Source of the DNA: Bacteroidaceae bacterium
GTDB lineage: Bacteria; Bacteroidota; Bacteroidia; Bacteroidales; Bacteroidaceae
DNA length: 64,000 bases
Direction of reading: 5' to 3'
NCBI GenBank assembly: GCA_017940185.1
Contig: JAGAZE010000036.1
Coordinates: 11,308 to 75,307 of the forward strand
A program made the translations under genes and the position numbers. This document shows positions 9,509-19,281 of this stretch, one piece after another; the stretch's first letter is position 1; each line of letters begins with the position of its first letter. The notes below the pieces were generated by a model. It saw nothing but the letters and a program-made list of their open reading frames with translations. It made no database searches and had not been told where the DNA came from.

Positions 9509-9931
9509 TTATTGTTCTTTCATCTGATAGGCCAGTGCTGTGGCTTTGATGCGTTTCAACATGGCGAGCAGTCCGTTGCTGCGTGTGGGCGACAGATGTT
9601 CGCGCAATCCGATGCGCTCTATAAAGTATAGGTCGGCATTGACGATCTCTGTGGGTGTGTGTCCGTCGACTACTTGCAGGAGCAGTGCAATGATGCCTTT
9701 CACTATGAGCGCATCGCTTTCTGCCTGGAAGTGTATGACACCATCAGCATAGTCGGCTTGGAGCCATACACGACTTTGGCAACCCTCAATGAGGTTCTGC
9801 TCTGTTTTGTATTCGGGTTTGAGAGGGGGTTGTTCGTTGCCCAGATCAATGAGCAACTGATACTTGTCCATCCAATCATCGAAGGCTGAGAACTCTTCGA
9901 TGATGGCATCTTGACGTTCGTTGATGGTCAT
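9509..9931 (-). CDS. sufE: Cysteine desulfuration protein SufE
   Basis: IEGCQSRVW, ESDALIVKG, LSPTRSNGL. Confidence 0.93.
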   Translation of the reverse strand: MTINERQDAIIEEFSAFDDWMDKYQLLIDLGNEQPPLKPEYKTEQNLIEGCQSRVWLQADYADGVIHFQAESDALIVKGIIALLLQVVDGHTPTEIVNADLYFIERIGLREHLSPTRSNGLLAMLKRIKATALAYQMKEQ

Positions 9932-9996
9932 GTTGCTTATTATAAAAGAGGAAAGAATGGAGGGGTGAGATTTGGGGACGGGGAGAGAAGGGTTGC

Positions 9997-10027
9997 TGCT
10001 GTGGTACAGCTACATACGGTACGGAGC
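9997..10027 (-). repeat. Dispersed intercistronic hairpin element, copy 1
   Basis: Sense strand gtatgtagctgt-acc-acagcagca; homologous to the copies at 16628 and 41712. Confidence 0.75.
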
Positions 10028-10040
10028 GGGTGAGTGTGTG

Positions 10041-11306
10041 TCAGGTTGATGTTGTGGTGGCATCGATGCGGAATACTTTGTCGTTGGGCCGCACTTTGTC
10101 GGGCACTCTGACGCTGACGAGTGTACCTTGCTTTGCCTCTTGTACCGGTCCGTTGTCGTCGTGTATCTCGTCGACGTCGATGTACATCACGCCTGTGGTG
10201 GGTCCTGTGACGAGCAGGCGATTGCCCACGGCAAAGGTGTTGGCTTGCACTGCCACTTCGGCCACGCTCAGACGTGAGAAATATTTGGTGACTTTTCCCA
10301 CCAGTGTCTTTCGTTGTGTGGCGTTAGATCCGTAGTGCCGGTTCCACTCTCCGAGTCGCTGTCCTTGGTAGTACCCGTCCCAGAATCCGCGGTTGAACAC
10401 GGTGGCGAGTTGTCGGTCCCACTCGTCTTTTCGCTGTTCGGTGTAGTTGTCGTTTCCTTCTGCCAGTGTGTGGAGTGCCTCTTTGTAGGCTTTCACCACG
10501 GTATAGACATACTCTGGTCCTCGTGCGCGGCCTTCTATCTTGAGCACGCTGACGCCTGCGGCTATCATGCGGTCGAGAAAGCGTATGGTCTTCAGGTCTT
10601 TGGGACTCATGAGGTATTTGTTATCAACCTCTATTTGGTTTCCTGTTTCGGCATCGGTGAGGATATATGCCCTTCTGCAAATCTGCACGCATTCTCCGCG
10701 GTTGGCAGATCGGTTGGCTTCGTGCAGACTCATGTAGCACTTTCCGCTGACAGCCATGCATAGCGCGCCGTGGCAGAACATCTCAATGCGTATGAGTCGT
10801 CCTCCCGGTCCGCAGATGTGCTGCTCCACGATGTCGCGATGGATGGCTGCCACCTGCTCGAGGGTGAGCTCGCGCGCCAGCACAACGACGTCGGCATATT
10901 GTGCGTAGAACTTCAATGCCTCGGTGTTGGAGATGTTGAGTTGTGTGCTGAGGTGCACTTCCAGTCCTATGCTTCGTGCATACTGCATCACGGCTACGTC
11001 GCTGGCTATCACCGCACTGATATTGGCTTCGAGTGCAGCATCGAGTATGTTTCGCATGGTGGTCAGTTCCTCTTGATAGATGATGGTGTTGACGGTGAGA
11101 TAAGTCTTCACGCCATGTTGCAGACACAGCCGGGCGATGTCGTGCAGGTCGTCGATGGTAAAATGGTTGGCGGAGTGGGCACGCATGTTGAGTTGCTCTA
11201 CGCCAAAGTATACAGAATCGGCTCCAGCCTGCAACGCGGCCTGCAGGCTTTCGCGGGAACCAACAGGAGCCATCAGCTCTATGGTGTCGTTGTTTCGTGT
11301 AATCAT
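10041..11306 (-). CDS. U32 family peptidase-like protein (RNA hydroxylation / PrtC-like)
   Basis: ELMAPVGS, GADSVYFG, HGALCMAVSGKC, NRGECVQICR, LKIEGRAR; start placed downstream of the TATCTTTG at 11311-11318. Confidence 0.9.
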   Translation of the reverse strand: MITRNNDTIELMAPVGSRESLQAALQAGADSVYFGVEQLNMRAHSANHFTIDDLHDIARLCLQHGVKTYLTVNTIIYQEELTTMRNILDAALEANISAVIASDVAVMQYARSIGLEVHLSTQLNISNTEALKFYAQYADVVVLARELTLEQVAAIHRDIVEQHICGPGGRLIRIEMFCHGALCMAVSGKCYMSLHEANRSANRGECVQICRRAYILTDAETGNQIEVDNKYLMSPKDLKTIRFLDRMIAAGVSVLKIEGRARGPEYVYTVVKAYKEALHTLAEGNDNYTEQRKDEWDRQLATVFNRGFWDGYYQGQRLGEWNRHYGSNATQRKTLVGKVTKYFSRLSVAEVAVQANTFAVGNRLLVTGPTTGVMYIDVDEIHDDNGPVQEAKQGTLVSVRVPDKVRPNDKVFRIDATTTST

Positions 11307-11380
11307 AGGGCAAAGATACTGAGATGGTGGCAAGTGTACAAGCTTTGCGGTGATTAGGTGAAGTTATTTCGCTTTGTGTG

Positions 11381-11419
11381 AAAAAACTGGCGACATGGGT
11401 AGTAGTCATGTCGCCAGTT
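11381..11419 (-). terminator. Rho-independent terminator after the M6 protease gene
   Basis: aactggcgacatg / catgtcgccagtt 13-bp stem followed by a U tract on the minus strand. Confidence 0.8.
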
Positions 11420-11441
11420 GTGCGTATTGTTGGTGAGGAGT

Positions 11442-13787
11442 TTATTCCACCACAACTTTTCTTCCTTGGAAGATGTAGATGCCCTTAGGCAGTCCGTTGG
11501 TGTTTTTGGCATTGCGTCGCACGATGTTGCCTTTCATATCGTAGACGTTGTGAGTGTTGATGCCTTCCACATCGGTTTCCACGCCGTCGATGGCGGTCAC
11601 CACTTTGTCGAAGGTGTACTGTATCTTGTCCGTTTTTCTTGTAGCCAACAGACAGTCGTAGGCGTAAAAATAGTCCGACACTGGCAGGTAGTTTGGCATT
11701 GTCTCATAGAAGTGGTATCCGTAGACGTTGGCTGTTGGGTTTTTGAGTGTGAGTTGTGCGGCATATTTTCTGCCACTGAAGGTAAACTCGTCAATGGTGA
11801 CAACTGCGACTCCTGTGCTTGCCTTGACCTGTTTCTGCATGAGCAGTCCCAGCTCGGTGTATTCCCAGTTGCGGTTGTTGACTTTTACGATGCACGGGCG
11901 GAATGCCTTGATGCCTGTGTTGACGGTTTTGAAGTTGATTTCGGTTTTTCCTGTCGTGGTATTCTGATATGTGTTGGTGAACTCTGCCACTTTAACGTCG
12001 GCTCCGAGCGCTTCTTGCAGTTCGGCTTGTGTCATGTCGAACGGCAGCCAGAGTGCTCTCCAGTGTCCGTTGGGGAACATCACGTTGGTGTTGACGTTGT
12101 AGGTTCCGGCGGCGTATGTCATTTCACTTTCGTTGCGTTCGTCGAGATAGAGCGACTGATATGTTGTTGCCGATGCCGCAGCGTTGCGGTAAGTGAAGTT
12201 GATTGTTCCGTCGCTGTTGAGTGTGATGTTGGTTATGCCGTGGTTGGCAAAGTCGGTTGCATCATCGCCTCCGTTGTAGCGTGTCATCTTCGGTGTGGAG
12301 GTGTCAGTGAATGCGTTGTTGGTATTGTAGGGATACACATCTCCTGCCTGTCCCTGATAGCTCTGCATGTTGTCGTCGGCGGGCATTATCTGCCAGCGCA
12401 TATGGTTGTTTTTCTTCTCTTCCCACTGGCGTGTGGTGTAGTTGTACTCATAGTATGTGCCGTAGGTGTTCACTCTGTTGTAGGCCCATGCGTAGTAGTT
12501 GTAGTCGATATGTGTGATGAGCAGTCCTTTCGGATTGTCGTTGTATGCGTACATTCTGGACACATTACGGTTTTCGAGGATGTAGTATTCTTCTCCCGTG
12601 GTGCTTTCGCAGTCGATGACATATAGTTCGCCGTTGCTCTCTATGGGTTTCATGTTTTTCACCTGCACAGGGTCGGTCAACACGATGGGTTCAAGCCATC
12701 CTGCAGTCCACTTTTCAAATCCAGAGTAGTCCATGGGGTTGAAGCCGTTTTCTTTATAGGAACCACTTCCCATGAGGTCCCATGATCCTACACCGATGTT
12801 GCCTGAGTAGGATGTGTCGTAGAGATCGGGAAATCCCATGCAGTGTGAGAATTCATGGCAGAATGTTCCTATTCCGCAGTTGTTGCTTCCGCTTCTTCCG
12901 CGCATCTCTGAAGAGCATGCATAGGTGTTGATGCGCATACCCTGCAACGTGAGAGCGGAACCTGTTCCCGAACTCAACGACCACTTATGTGGCCATATGG
13001 CATCGGTGGGTGCACCTTCGGCTTGGTTGTATCCGGCATAGAGTATGAAGACGTTGTCTACTTCTCCGTTGCCGTCCCAGTCGTAGTCGGCAAAGCGCAC
13101 GGAGTCTTGTACGAGTTCTACGGCTTCTTTCACCATTTCGGCTGGTCTGAGGTCGTGTGTTTCTCCTTGTTGCTCTCCATAGTAGACCATGTCTTGTGAC
13201 ACTGTCACGGGTCCGATGACATCGAATTGGAGGTCGAAGCGTCCGTAGCTTTGTTTGCGGAAGTAGTCGCGTATGCTGAGTTTGTAGTTTCCTTCAGAGA
13301 AATTGAGGGTGTTGGCCACCTTGTTGTAGAAGGCTTTTGGGTTTGTGGTGGTGTATTGCACGTCTTGGAAGTTGACCAAGATGATGAGTCCTTTTTTATT
13401 TCCTCTGAATGCGTCGAAGTTGCTGTGGTTTTGCGTTTTGCTCATTCCTTTTCTCAGGACGGGCTGCGGGTGTGCACACACGTTGTGCGCATCGGCTTCG
13501 CGTCGTGAGTTGGCGGCTTTGGCTTTGGCAACTATCTCTGTGGTTGTACGCTTGGCATAGCGCTTAACGCCTGGCAGGCTCGATTCGAGCGTGTAGATGT
13601 TGCCTTGTGCGTCGCGATAGTAGCTGAACCATTCATCGCCAATGAGTTGTGCCTGCACGGTCTGTCCATTGGTGAGTGTGATTGTGTGCCACAGGTTGGG
13701 GTCGGCTGGTATGGCACGTACTGTCAGTGCTGTGGTGCACATGAAGAGCAGCACTACCAGTGGGCGAAGGAGTTGTTGTGTATTCAT
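11442..13787 (-). CDS. M6 (immune inhibitor A-like) metalloprotease with T9SS C-terminal domain
   Basis: Signal peptide MNTQQ..TVRA; ILVNFQD, DYDWDGNGEVD, IWPHKW, HEFSHCMGFPDLY, WDLMGSG; CTD VYDMKG..LPKGIYIFQGRKVVVE. Confidence 0.9.
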   Translation of the reverse strand: MNTQQLLRPLVVLLFMCTTALTVRAIPADPNLWHTITLTNGQTVQAQLIGDEWFSYYRDAQGNIYTLESSLPGVKRYAKRTTTEIVAKAKAANSRREADAHNVCAHPQPVLRKGMSKTQNHSNFDAFRGNKKGLIILVNFQDVQYTTTNPKAFYNKVANTLNFSEGNYKLSIRDYFRKQSYGRFDLQFDVIGPVTVSQDMVYYGEQQGETHDLRPAEMVKEAVELVQDSVRFADYDWDGNGEVDNVFILYAGYNQAEGAPTDAIWPHKWSLSSGTGSALTLQGMRINTYACSSEMRGRSGSNNCGIGTFCHEFSHCMGFPDLYDTSYSGNIGVGSWDLMGSGSYKENGFNPMDYSGFEKWTAGWLEPIVLTDPVQVKNMKPIESNGELYVIDCESTTGEEYYILENRNVSRMYAYNDNPKGLLITHIDYNYYAWAYNRVNTYGTYYEYNYTTRQWEEKKNNHMRWQIMPADDNMQSYQGQAGDVYPYNTNNAFTDTSTPKMTRYNGGDDATDFANHGITNITLNSDGTINFTYRNAAASATTYQSLYLDERNESEMTYAAGTYNVNTNVMFPNGHWRALWLPFDMTQAELQEALGADVKVAEFTNTYQNTTTGKTEINFKTVNTGIKAFRPCIVKVNNRNWEYTELGLLMQKQVKASTGVAVVTIDEFTFSGRKYAAQLTLKNPTANVYGYHFYETMPNYLPVSDYFYAYDCLLATRKTDKIQYTFDKVVTAIDGVETDVEGINTHNVYDMKGNIVRRNAKNTNGLPKGIYIFQGRKVVVE

Positions 13788-13851
13788 GGGTGTTAAGGTA
13801 TTTGTTATGATTTTCTTTTTTGGGGAGAGTGGTGTTGAGGTTTTAGGGTTA

Positions 13852-13893
13852 CAAATGTAGTGTGTTTTTTTATATTCTACACATATTCTACAC
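13852..13893 (-). promoter_or_regulatory. -7 element plus 11-bp direct repeat upstream of the M6 protease
   Basis: TACATTTG at 13852-13859 (minus); atattctacac twice, at 13872 and 13883. Confidence 0.5.
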
Positions 13894-13921
13894 ATTTTTC
13901 TGCTTTCTTTCCGTGTGGGTG

Positions 13922-15112
13922 TCAGTATTTTATGTGGTACAAGTGTGTGGTGTTGATAAGTTTGTTGTATGGACTTTTGATGTAGATTGTTCCATCGGCA
14001 TCGATGGGTTTGGCATGTGCTGCGTATGCGTAGAGATTTCCTGCATTGATATAGATGTCGGCATTTGCCTTGATGGCCTTTGGTTTCGACAGCAGGCTTT
14101 CTCCTCTGGTGACGATGTTGACTTCTCCTCCGTTGATGGTGGTGTGGGCATCGCTTTTCATCCCTTTTGCATTATTGCCCAGACATAGCAGGTTGAGCAC
14201 TCCAGCTTCTACAATGATGTTGGCGTCGCTTTTCACTGCTGCGCAGTGTGTGGTGTCGTTGCTGGCGATGCTCGATTGTGCGTTGGTGATGATGGTGGTG
14301 TGTCCCCCTTCTATGAGAATGTCGGCTTCGCTGTTGAGTCCTTTTCCTCCGTTGGCTGTCAGATTGATGTTGGTTACGCTGCCGTTGATGAAGATGCCGT
14401 CGTTGGCTTTGATGCCATTGTTTCCTTTAGCTTCGATGAATAGAATACATCCTGCTCTCAGTCGGAAGAAGTCGTCGGTGGCGATAGCGTTGTGTGCGTT
14501 GCCGGTGACGTGGAGCGTTCCTTCTCCTGAGATGATGATGTCGCCTCGGTTGTAGAGCGCTCCTTTCATTTTGTGGTCAGCTATGGGAGTGTATGTGTTT
14601 CCGTCGACGAGGGTATTGATGGTGCCTCTTTGCAGCACGAGATACATTCTCTTGTTGTTGATGTTGTAGATGGCGGAGCCGTCGGTGCTGGCGAGAGTCA
14701 GGTTGTTGAGGTCGAGTCGGTATTTGTATTGGCTGTTGATGGCCAGTTGTCCGTTGTGTGACGTTCCGCTAATGATGTATTGCACATTCTCAAGTTGCGA
14801 TGTTATCATCAGGCGTGCGCCGTTGGCGGTGCATGATATGCCCGTGGGCAATTGTGATACTTCTACCTGATTGTTGTGGAATGCAATATGTATAGTGTGA
14901 CCGATGCTGAAGTTTTCCACCGAGTCGTTTGCAGGCATGGTGATGCTTTGTTCGTCGTCATCGGGTGTGCCGTAGTAGAAGCTGATATCTTTTATGTTGG
15001 CTTCTTCGTTGTTGTTGTATTGCTGTATCAATACTTCGAGTTCGGAGTCGTCGTTTTGGCATGCTGTGAAGGCGATGGCGCAAAGCAGCAGGAAAGTGGA
15101 GATGTGTCGCAT
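13922..15112 (-). CDS. Lipoprotein with Cthe_2159/DUF4353-type beta-helix carbohydrate-binding domain
   Basis: Lipobox FTAC followed by acidic QNDDSE; YIISGTSHNGQL, LNNLTL, GTINTLVDG, repeated (N/K)G(I/L)K motifs. Confidence 0.82.
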   Translation of the reverse strand: MRHISTFLLLCAIAFTACQNDDSELEVLIQQYNNNEEANIKDISFYYGTPDDDEQSITMPANDSVENFSIGHTIHIAFHNNQVEVSQLPTGISCTANGARLMITSQLENVQYIISGTSHNGQLAINSQYKYRLDLNNLTLASTDGSAIYNINNKRMYLVLQRGTINTLVDGNTYTPIADHKMKGALYNRGDIIISGEGTLHVTGNAHNAIATDDFFRLRAGCILFIEAKGNNGIKANDGIFINGSVTNINLTANGGKGLNSEADILIEGGHTTIITNAQSSIASNDTTHCAAVKSDANIIVEAGVLNLLCLGNNAKGMKSDAHTTINGGEVNIVTRGESLLSKPKAIKANADIYINAGNLYAYAAHAKPIDADGTIYIKSPYNKLINTTHLYHIKY

Positions 15113-15123
15113 GGTAAGGGGAA

Positions 15124-15158
15124 AGAGGAGGGAAGAGAGGAGGGAAGAGAGGAGGGAG
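15124..15158. repeat. 12-bp purine tandem repeat (agaggagggaag x ~3)
   Basis: Copies at 15124, 15136 and 15148 in the intergenic spacer. Confidence 0.8.
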
Positions 15159-15165
15159 CGGGGTA

Positions 15166-15915
15166 TTAGAATCGGAATTGGTATCCGAGTCCGAGAATGT
15201 GTTCGTTGTAGTCGTAGATGTCACCTTCTTCGTTGTTGATTTGGAATCGGTAGAATGCTTTAATGACGTGGTGCTTTTTTATTTTATAGTCGGTGCCGAT
15301 GGTGAGTCTTATTTGTTCAGTTCTCCACGCGTTGAACAGTTCGGCAGACACTTCCGGGTCCAGTTTCCAGTGTGGGAAGTCGTATTCCATTTTGAGTCTG
15401 GACCTCAGTTCGTGTTTAGCCTTTGCTCCTACGTTGTGTTGCTCCCATCGTTCGTCGTCGAAGTCGTATCGTGACACGCTTTTGTCGGGTCGGTAGGTGT
15501 ATTGCCATCTTTCGCGCAGAGAGATTGTGAATCGTTGAATTTGTATGGAAGCTTCAGCCCCAAGGAAAACTCTGTGTCTGATGTGGTAGTAGGACGGTCT
15601 CCAGTGTTTGAGGTTTATGGGAGTTGTGGTGTAGCTTATCTTTTCTTGTCTTTGTTCGTCGATGAACTTGTATCCTCCTTCAATTTTCAGGTTTCTGTTT
15701 GGTTTCCACGCTGCTGCTGCTTCGATGGTCCATCTGTCGGTGGTGCGCGCGTTGTTGCGTGTGCGGTATTCGCCTTCCAGACTTATGCTAAGCTGCTGCG
15801 ATAGTTTCTTCTGTGCTCCGAGGGTATACCATATTCCGAAGTCATCGCCCGTACTTTGTGCTCTGACGATGGTGCATAGTAGTAGGAGCAGGAGTGTGAG
15901 AGAGTGTTTTTTCAT
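15166..15915 (-). CDS. DUF2490-like outer-membrane beta-barrel protein
   Basis: Signal peptide; DDFGIW..KKLS, EGEYRTR, SLRERWQYT, LRSRLK; C-terminal aromatic HILGLGYQFRF. Alternative GTG start at 15936 overlaps the upstream stop. Confidence 0.8.
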   Translation of the reverse strand: MKKHSLTLLLLLLCTIVRAQSTGDDFGIWYTLGAQKKLSQQLSISLEGEYRTRNNARTTDRWTIEAAAAWKPNRNLKIEGGYKFIDEQRQEKISYTTTPINLKHWRPSYYHIRHRVFLGAEASIQIQRFTISLRERWQYTYRPDKSVSRYDFDDERWEQHNVGAKAKHELRSRLKMEYDFPHWKLDPEVSAELFNAWRTEQIRLTIGTDYKIKKHHVIKAFYRFQINNEEGDIYDYNEHILGLGYQFRF

Positions 15916-15932
15916 GACATGATGGTGTGTTG

Positions 15933-16598
15933 TCACACTTGTGTGAGGTCTTCGCTTTTGAGTTTCAGTTTGTTGTTTATTTCTGCCGGGTTTCCGTCAC
16001 CATTGTCGTTGTAGGTCACTTTGAGTATGGCCATGTCGCGCAACATATCGACGCTTCCCACTTCCACCTTTATCACCTGTATTCCGAGCCGTTGTTGCAG
16101 GTCGTCGATGAGTTGCTGTCGGCATTCGGGCTTGATGAGTTCTATGCGGTCGTATTGTATGAGTTTAGTAGGTTTCGCTTTGAGCATCATTTCGCAGAGG
16201 CATACCGCGAATAGTATGACGATGTTGGTGATGAGCGTTTCGCATAGGGGAATGTTGGTGGCCAGTGCATTGACGACAGCGAGTGTGATGACCACGAAGA
16301 GGTAGGTGAGTTCTCTTACCGGCATGGTTTCGGTGCGATATCGCATGATGGAGAAAATACCGAAGAGACCGATGCCGATGCCTATTCCTGTCTTTCCTTT
16401 GAGGTCGTCGAGCACGAATATCATGAAGAAGACGAGGAAGAAGATGGCTGTGGACATGAGCATAAACGTGAAGTAGAAGTCGCGCCGATGACTTTTTCGG
16501 TAGTAGAGTCTGTCGATAATAATCCAGTTGACGAGTGTGCAGATGGCAAAGCGCATGAGCATCAGGAGGAAGTCTTCTTGTAGTGTGAATTCAAACAT
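15933..16598 (-). CDS. DUF4956 family inner-membrane protein
   Basis: Several hydrophobic helices; GIGIGLFGIFSIMRYRT..RELTYLF signature; soluble C-terminal domain. Confidence 0.85.
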   Translation of the reverse strand: MFEFTLQEDFLLMLMRFAICTLVNWIIIDRLYYRKSHRRDFYFTFMLMSTAIFFLVFFMIFVLDDLKGKTGIGIGIGLFGIFSIMRYRTETMPVRELTYLFVVITLAVVNALATNIPLCETLITNIVILFAVCLCEMMLKAKPTKLIQYDRIELIKPECRQQLIDDLQQRLGIQVIKVEVGSVDMLRDMAILKVTYNDNGDGNPAEINNKLKLKSEDLTQV

Positions 16599-16627
16599 GG
16601 TATGGGAAGTTTGTGGAGCAGGTGATT

Positions 16628-16660
16628 TTGTTGCTGTGGTACAGCAACATACTGGACGGA
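16628..16660 (-). repeat. Dispersed intercistronic hairpin element, copy 2
   Basis: Sense strand gtatgttgctgt-acc-acagcaaca, perfect 9-bp stem. Confidence 0.75.
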
Positions 16661-16675
16661 GGGAGTATATGCGTG

Positions 16676-17476
16676 TTATAATGGGTTGTTGGCCTGTTGC
16701 TGCAGTCGCTTTATGTTGTGCAGTCGCTCTTTGAATCTGTTGACGCGTACAGTGTTGTCGGTCATTGCCCTTGCCAGGCTGTATTTGCTGAACGGTTGTG
16801 GGAAGATGCGCTGTTGTCGCAGCAATTGTGTGGCGTAGCTTGGTTGTCGGACGTCACGTTTGAGTTCGATGACTACGATGTGTTGCAACTGTTGTGTTGG
16901 TTGGTTGTTGAGTAGGTTGAATTGCAGTTGTGTGTCGATGGTCAGCCGTTCGGTGAGTTGTTTGTTGACGAGTGTGATGCGTTGGAATTGATTTTGCATT
17001 TTCGCCGTGAGTGTTTCGGGATCGTAGCGCAGGTGTTGCCGCAGGAATGGGTAGCAGTGTTGCTTTGTCCAGGGGTGAATGATGAACTGTTGCGGTGTGG
17101 TGTGGAGCGTGTCAGGTGTTTCTTTGAGTGTGATGCGCTGTTTGTTGGTTTTGCCGTGGTTGTCTTTTGTTTTCACTTCGAGGAAGTGTTGTTGGCTGTC
17201 GAGGTAGGATCTTATTCTCACCTTTTGTCGGTTGACGTGTCCATGCTGGTGCATGTTGTACATGTTATTGTCGGGCGTGTCGAAGTAGAGTGTGGCATAG
17301 TGTGCTATGCGCTGTCCGTTAATTTCCTGTACATGATATTGGTTGACAGCCATGGCGAGCAACTGATGCAACTTCTCCGGTGTTGTGAGATACTTGGTAT
17401 CGGTTCGTTGCATGAGCTTCACCTTCTGCATTTCTGCTAGTGTGATGGGAGCGAACTGTTGTAGCAGCGTGTCCAT
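16676..17476 (-). CDS. VTC-domain (polyphosphate polymerase / CYTH-TTM) protein
   Basis: RTDTKY, TLYFDT, KVRIRSY, FLEVKTK, ERLTID, VIELK and FSKY motifs. Confidence 0.88.
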   Translation of the reverse strand: MDTLLQQFAPITLAEMQKVKLMQRTDTKYLTTPEKLHQLLAMAVNQYHVQEINGQRIAHYATLYFDTPDNNMYNMHQHGHVNRQKVRIRSYLDSQQHFLEVKTKDNHGKTNKQRITLKETPDTLHTTPQQFIIHPWTKQHCYPFLRQHLRYDPETLTAKMQNQFQRITLVNKQLTERLTIDTQLQFNLLNNQPTQQLQHIVVIELKRDVRQPSYATQLLRQQRIFPQPFSKYSLARAMTDNTVRVNRFKERLHNIKRLQQQANNPL

Positions 17477-17498
17477 ATATTGTGTTCAAAGTATTGTG

Positions 17499-17506
17499 CA
17501 AAGATA
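17499..17506 (-). promoter_or_regulatory. -7 promoter element for the VTC operon
   Basis: TATCTTTG on the minus strand, 22 nt upstream of the ATG and downstream of the asd terminator. Confidence 0.7.
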
Positions 17507-17539
17507 TGAAAATATGTGGTTTCTATAAGGGGAGTGCCG

Positions 17540-17579
17540 ACAAAAAGTGCGCTCTGCTATCTGCGGGCGCACTTTTTGT
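17540..17579 (-). terminator. Rho-independent terminator after asd
   Basis: acaaaaagtgcgc / gcgcactttttgt inverted repeat. Confidence 0.8.
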
Positions 17580-17598
17580 GTCATTGAATTTGTCTCTG

Positions 17599-18603
17599 TT
17601 ATTTGTTCTTTTCGATGATCAGTTCTGCTATTTGCACTGCGTTAAGGGCTGCTCCTTTTCTTATTTGGTCTCCTGTGATCCACAGTGTGATGGCATTATC
17701 TTCGGCGATATCTCTTCTAATGCGTCCCACGTAGATGTTGTCGGTGCCTTGCGTGTAGAGGGGCATGGGGTATTTGGCGTGTTGTGTGTCGTCAACGAGT
17801 GTGCATCCTGGTGCCTGTACTATGGCGTTTCTGACGTTGTCGATGTTGAGTTGTTCTGCTGTCTGCACCCATATTGCTTCGCTGTGGCATCGCAGTGTGC
17901 TGACGCGGACGCATGTGGCCGAGCAGCGCACATTGGAGTGGAGTATCTTGCGCGTCTCATGATACATTTTCATCTCCTCTTTGGTGTAGTCGTTGTCGGT
18001 GAAGACGTCAATCTGTGGTATGACGTTGTAAGCCAGTTGGTGTGGAAATCGCTGTATGTGTGGTTGTTTTCCCTGTGCGATGTCGGCATACTGTTGTTCC
18101 ACCTCTTTCATGGCCAGTGCTCCGGCTCCGCTTGCGCTCTGATAGCTGGCAACGTGTATGCGTTGTATGTGCGACAGTCGCTCTATCGGCATGAGTGCTG
18201 TGACCATCATGATGGTGGTGCAGTTTGGGTTGGCAATAATGTTGCGTGGGTGTTGCAGCGCATCGCTCGGGTTGCATTCGGGCACTACGAGCGGCACGTC
18301 GTCGCACATGCGGAAAGCACTGGAGTTGTCTATCATGATGGCTCCGTGTCGTGTGATGTCATCGGCATATTCTCGGCTCACAGCGGCACCGGCAGAAGTG
18401 AAAACGATGTGTGTGTTGCTGAAGAGGTCGCCGTGTTGCAGGCGTTCTACTACGACGGGATTGTTGCGGAAGGTGTATGTTTGTCCGGCACTGCGTTCTG
18501 ATCCGAAGAGTCTCAACTGTCTGACGGGAAAGTTGCGTTGTTGTAGCACTTGCAGCAATTCCTGTCCCACGGCACCACTGGCGCCTACGATGGATATGTT
18601 CAT
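17599..18603 (-). CDS. asd: Aspartate-semialdehyde dehydrogenase
   Basis: [52 protein letters not shown]. Confidence 0.96.
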   Translation of the reverse strand: MNISIVGASGAVGQELLQVLQQRNFPVRQLRLFGSERSAGQTYTFRNNPVVVERLQHGDLFSNTHIVFTSAGAAVSREYADDITRHGAIMIDNSSAFRMCDDVPLVVPECNPSDALQHPRNIIANPNCTTIMMVTALMPIERLSHIQRIHVASYQSASGAGALAMKEVEQQYADIAQGKQPHIQRFPHQLAYNVIPQIDVFTDNDYTKEEMKMYHETRKILHSNVRCSATCVRVSTLRCHSEAIWVQTAEQLNIDNVRNAIVQAPGCTLVDDTQHAKYPMPLYTQGTDNIYVGRIRRDIAEDNAITLWITGDQIRKGAALNAVQIAELIIEKNK

Positions 18604-18756
18604 TGGGAAAAAGATTTACGTAAATAAGCGCTACAAAGATAGCGAGTATTTTCTTCTCTTATACACTTAAGACATTTTCTTTGTATTGCAAGCACTCCGA
18701 TACAGCTTTTCCTCAATGCCCCAATCGGCAGGCTAAAGGGCAACAATAAGTCATAC

Positions 18757-18804
18757 AAAAAAACATCACCCTGCCGTAGAGGTATACGACAGGGCGAGTG
18801 TTTT
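18757..18804 (-). terminator. Probable terminator after the lipoprotein gene
   Basis: aaaacatcaccctg.cgta / tacg.cagggcgagtgtttt imperfect stem. Confidence 0.55.
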
Positions 18805-18825
18805 GATTTTCAGGTAAAGGGATGA

Positions 18826-19236
18826 TTACTTGCCGGACTCGAGTTTCCAGTTTTCTTCCTTGTCTTTCACGAGTTTGAAGTCCTGTTCCTTGGTGTTACC
18901 GTTGCTCATGGTAAACTTCATCTTCACCTGTGCAGAAGTCTTGTCTTCGTTGATCATTTCGTCGCCAACCTTTTCAAACTTCTCAATCTTCACGGAGTCG
19001 TTCATGTTGGGAGACAGCTGCTTGTCGAGAGCACTCTTGTACTTCTGCTTGTCGGAATTAACTTTTGTACTGTCGCCCTCAAAGTAAACGAACTCCATGA
19101 ACTTTTCGGTGTTGCCTTCCTTGAGAGCTGCGCAAGCTTCTTCAACAACCTGAGAAGGAGCTTTCTTGTTGTCAGCACAACTAACGATTGCCAGAGCTGC
19201 GATAGCTACAATGGCGAGAGAGAAAAACTTTTTCAT
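18826..19236 (-). CDS. DUF4878 / NTF2-like lipoprotein
   Basis: Lipobox IVSC; PSQVVE, AQVKMKFT..G, LVKDKEENWK. Confidence 0.75.
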   Translation of the reverse strand: MKKFFSLAIVAIAALAIVSCADNKKAPSQVVEEACAALKEGNTEKFMEFVYFEGDSTKVNSDKQKYKSALDKQLSPNMNDSVKIEKFEKVGDEMINEDKTSAQVKMKFTMSNGNTKEQDFKLVKDKEENWKLESGK

Positions 19237-19281
19237 TGCAATGATGTTTTTTAATAATGGGTTGATATGAATTTTGTGTTA

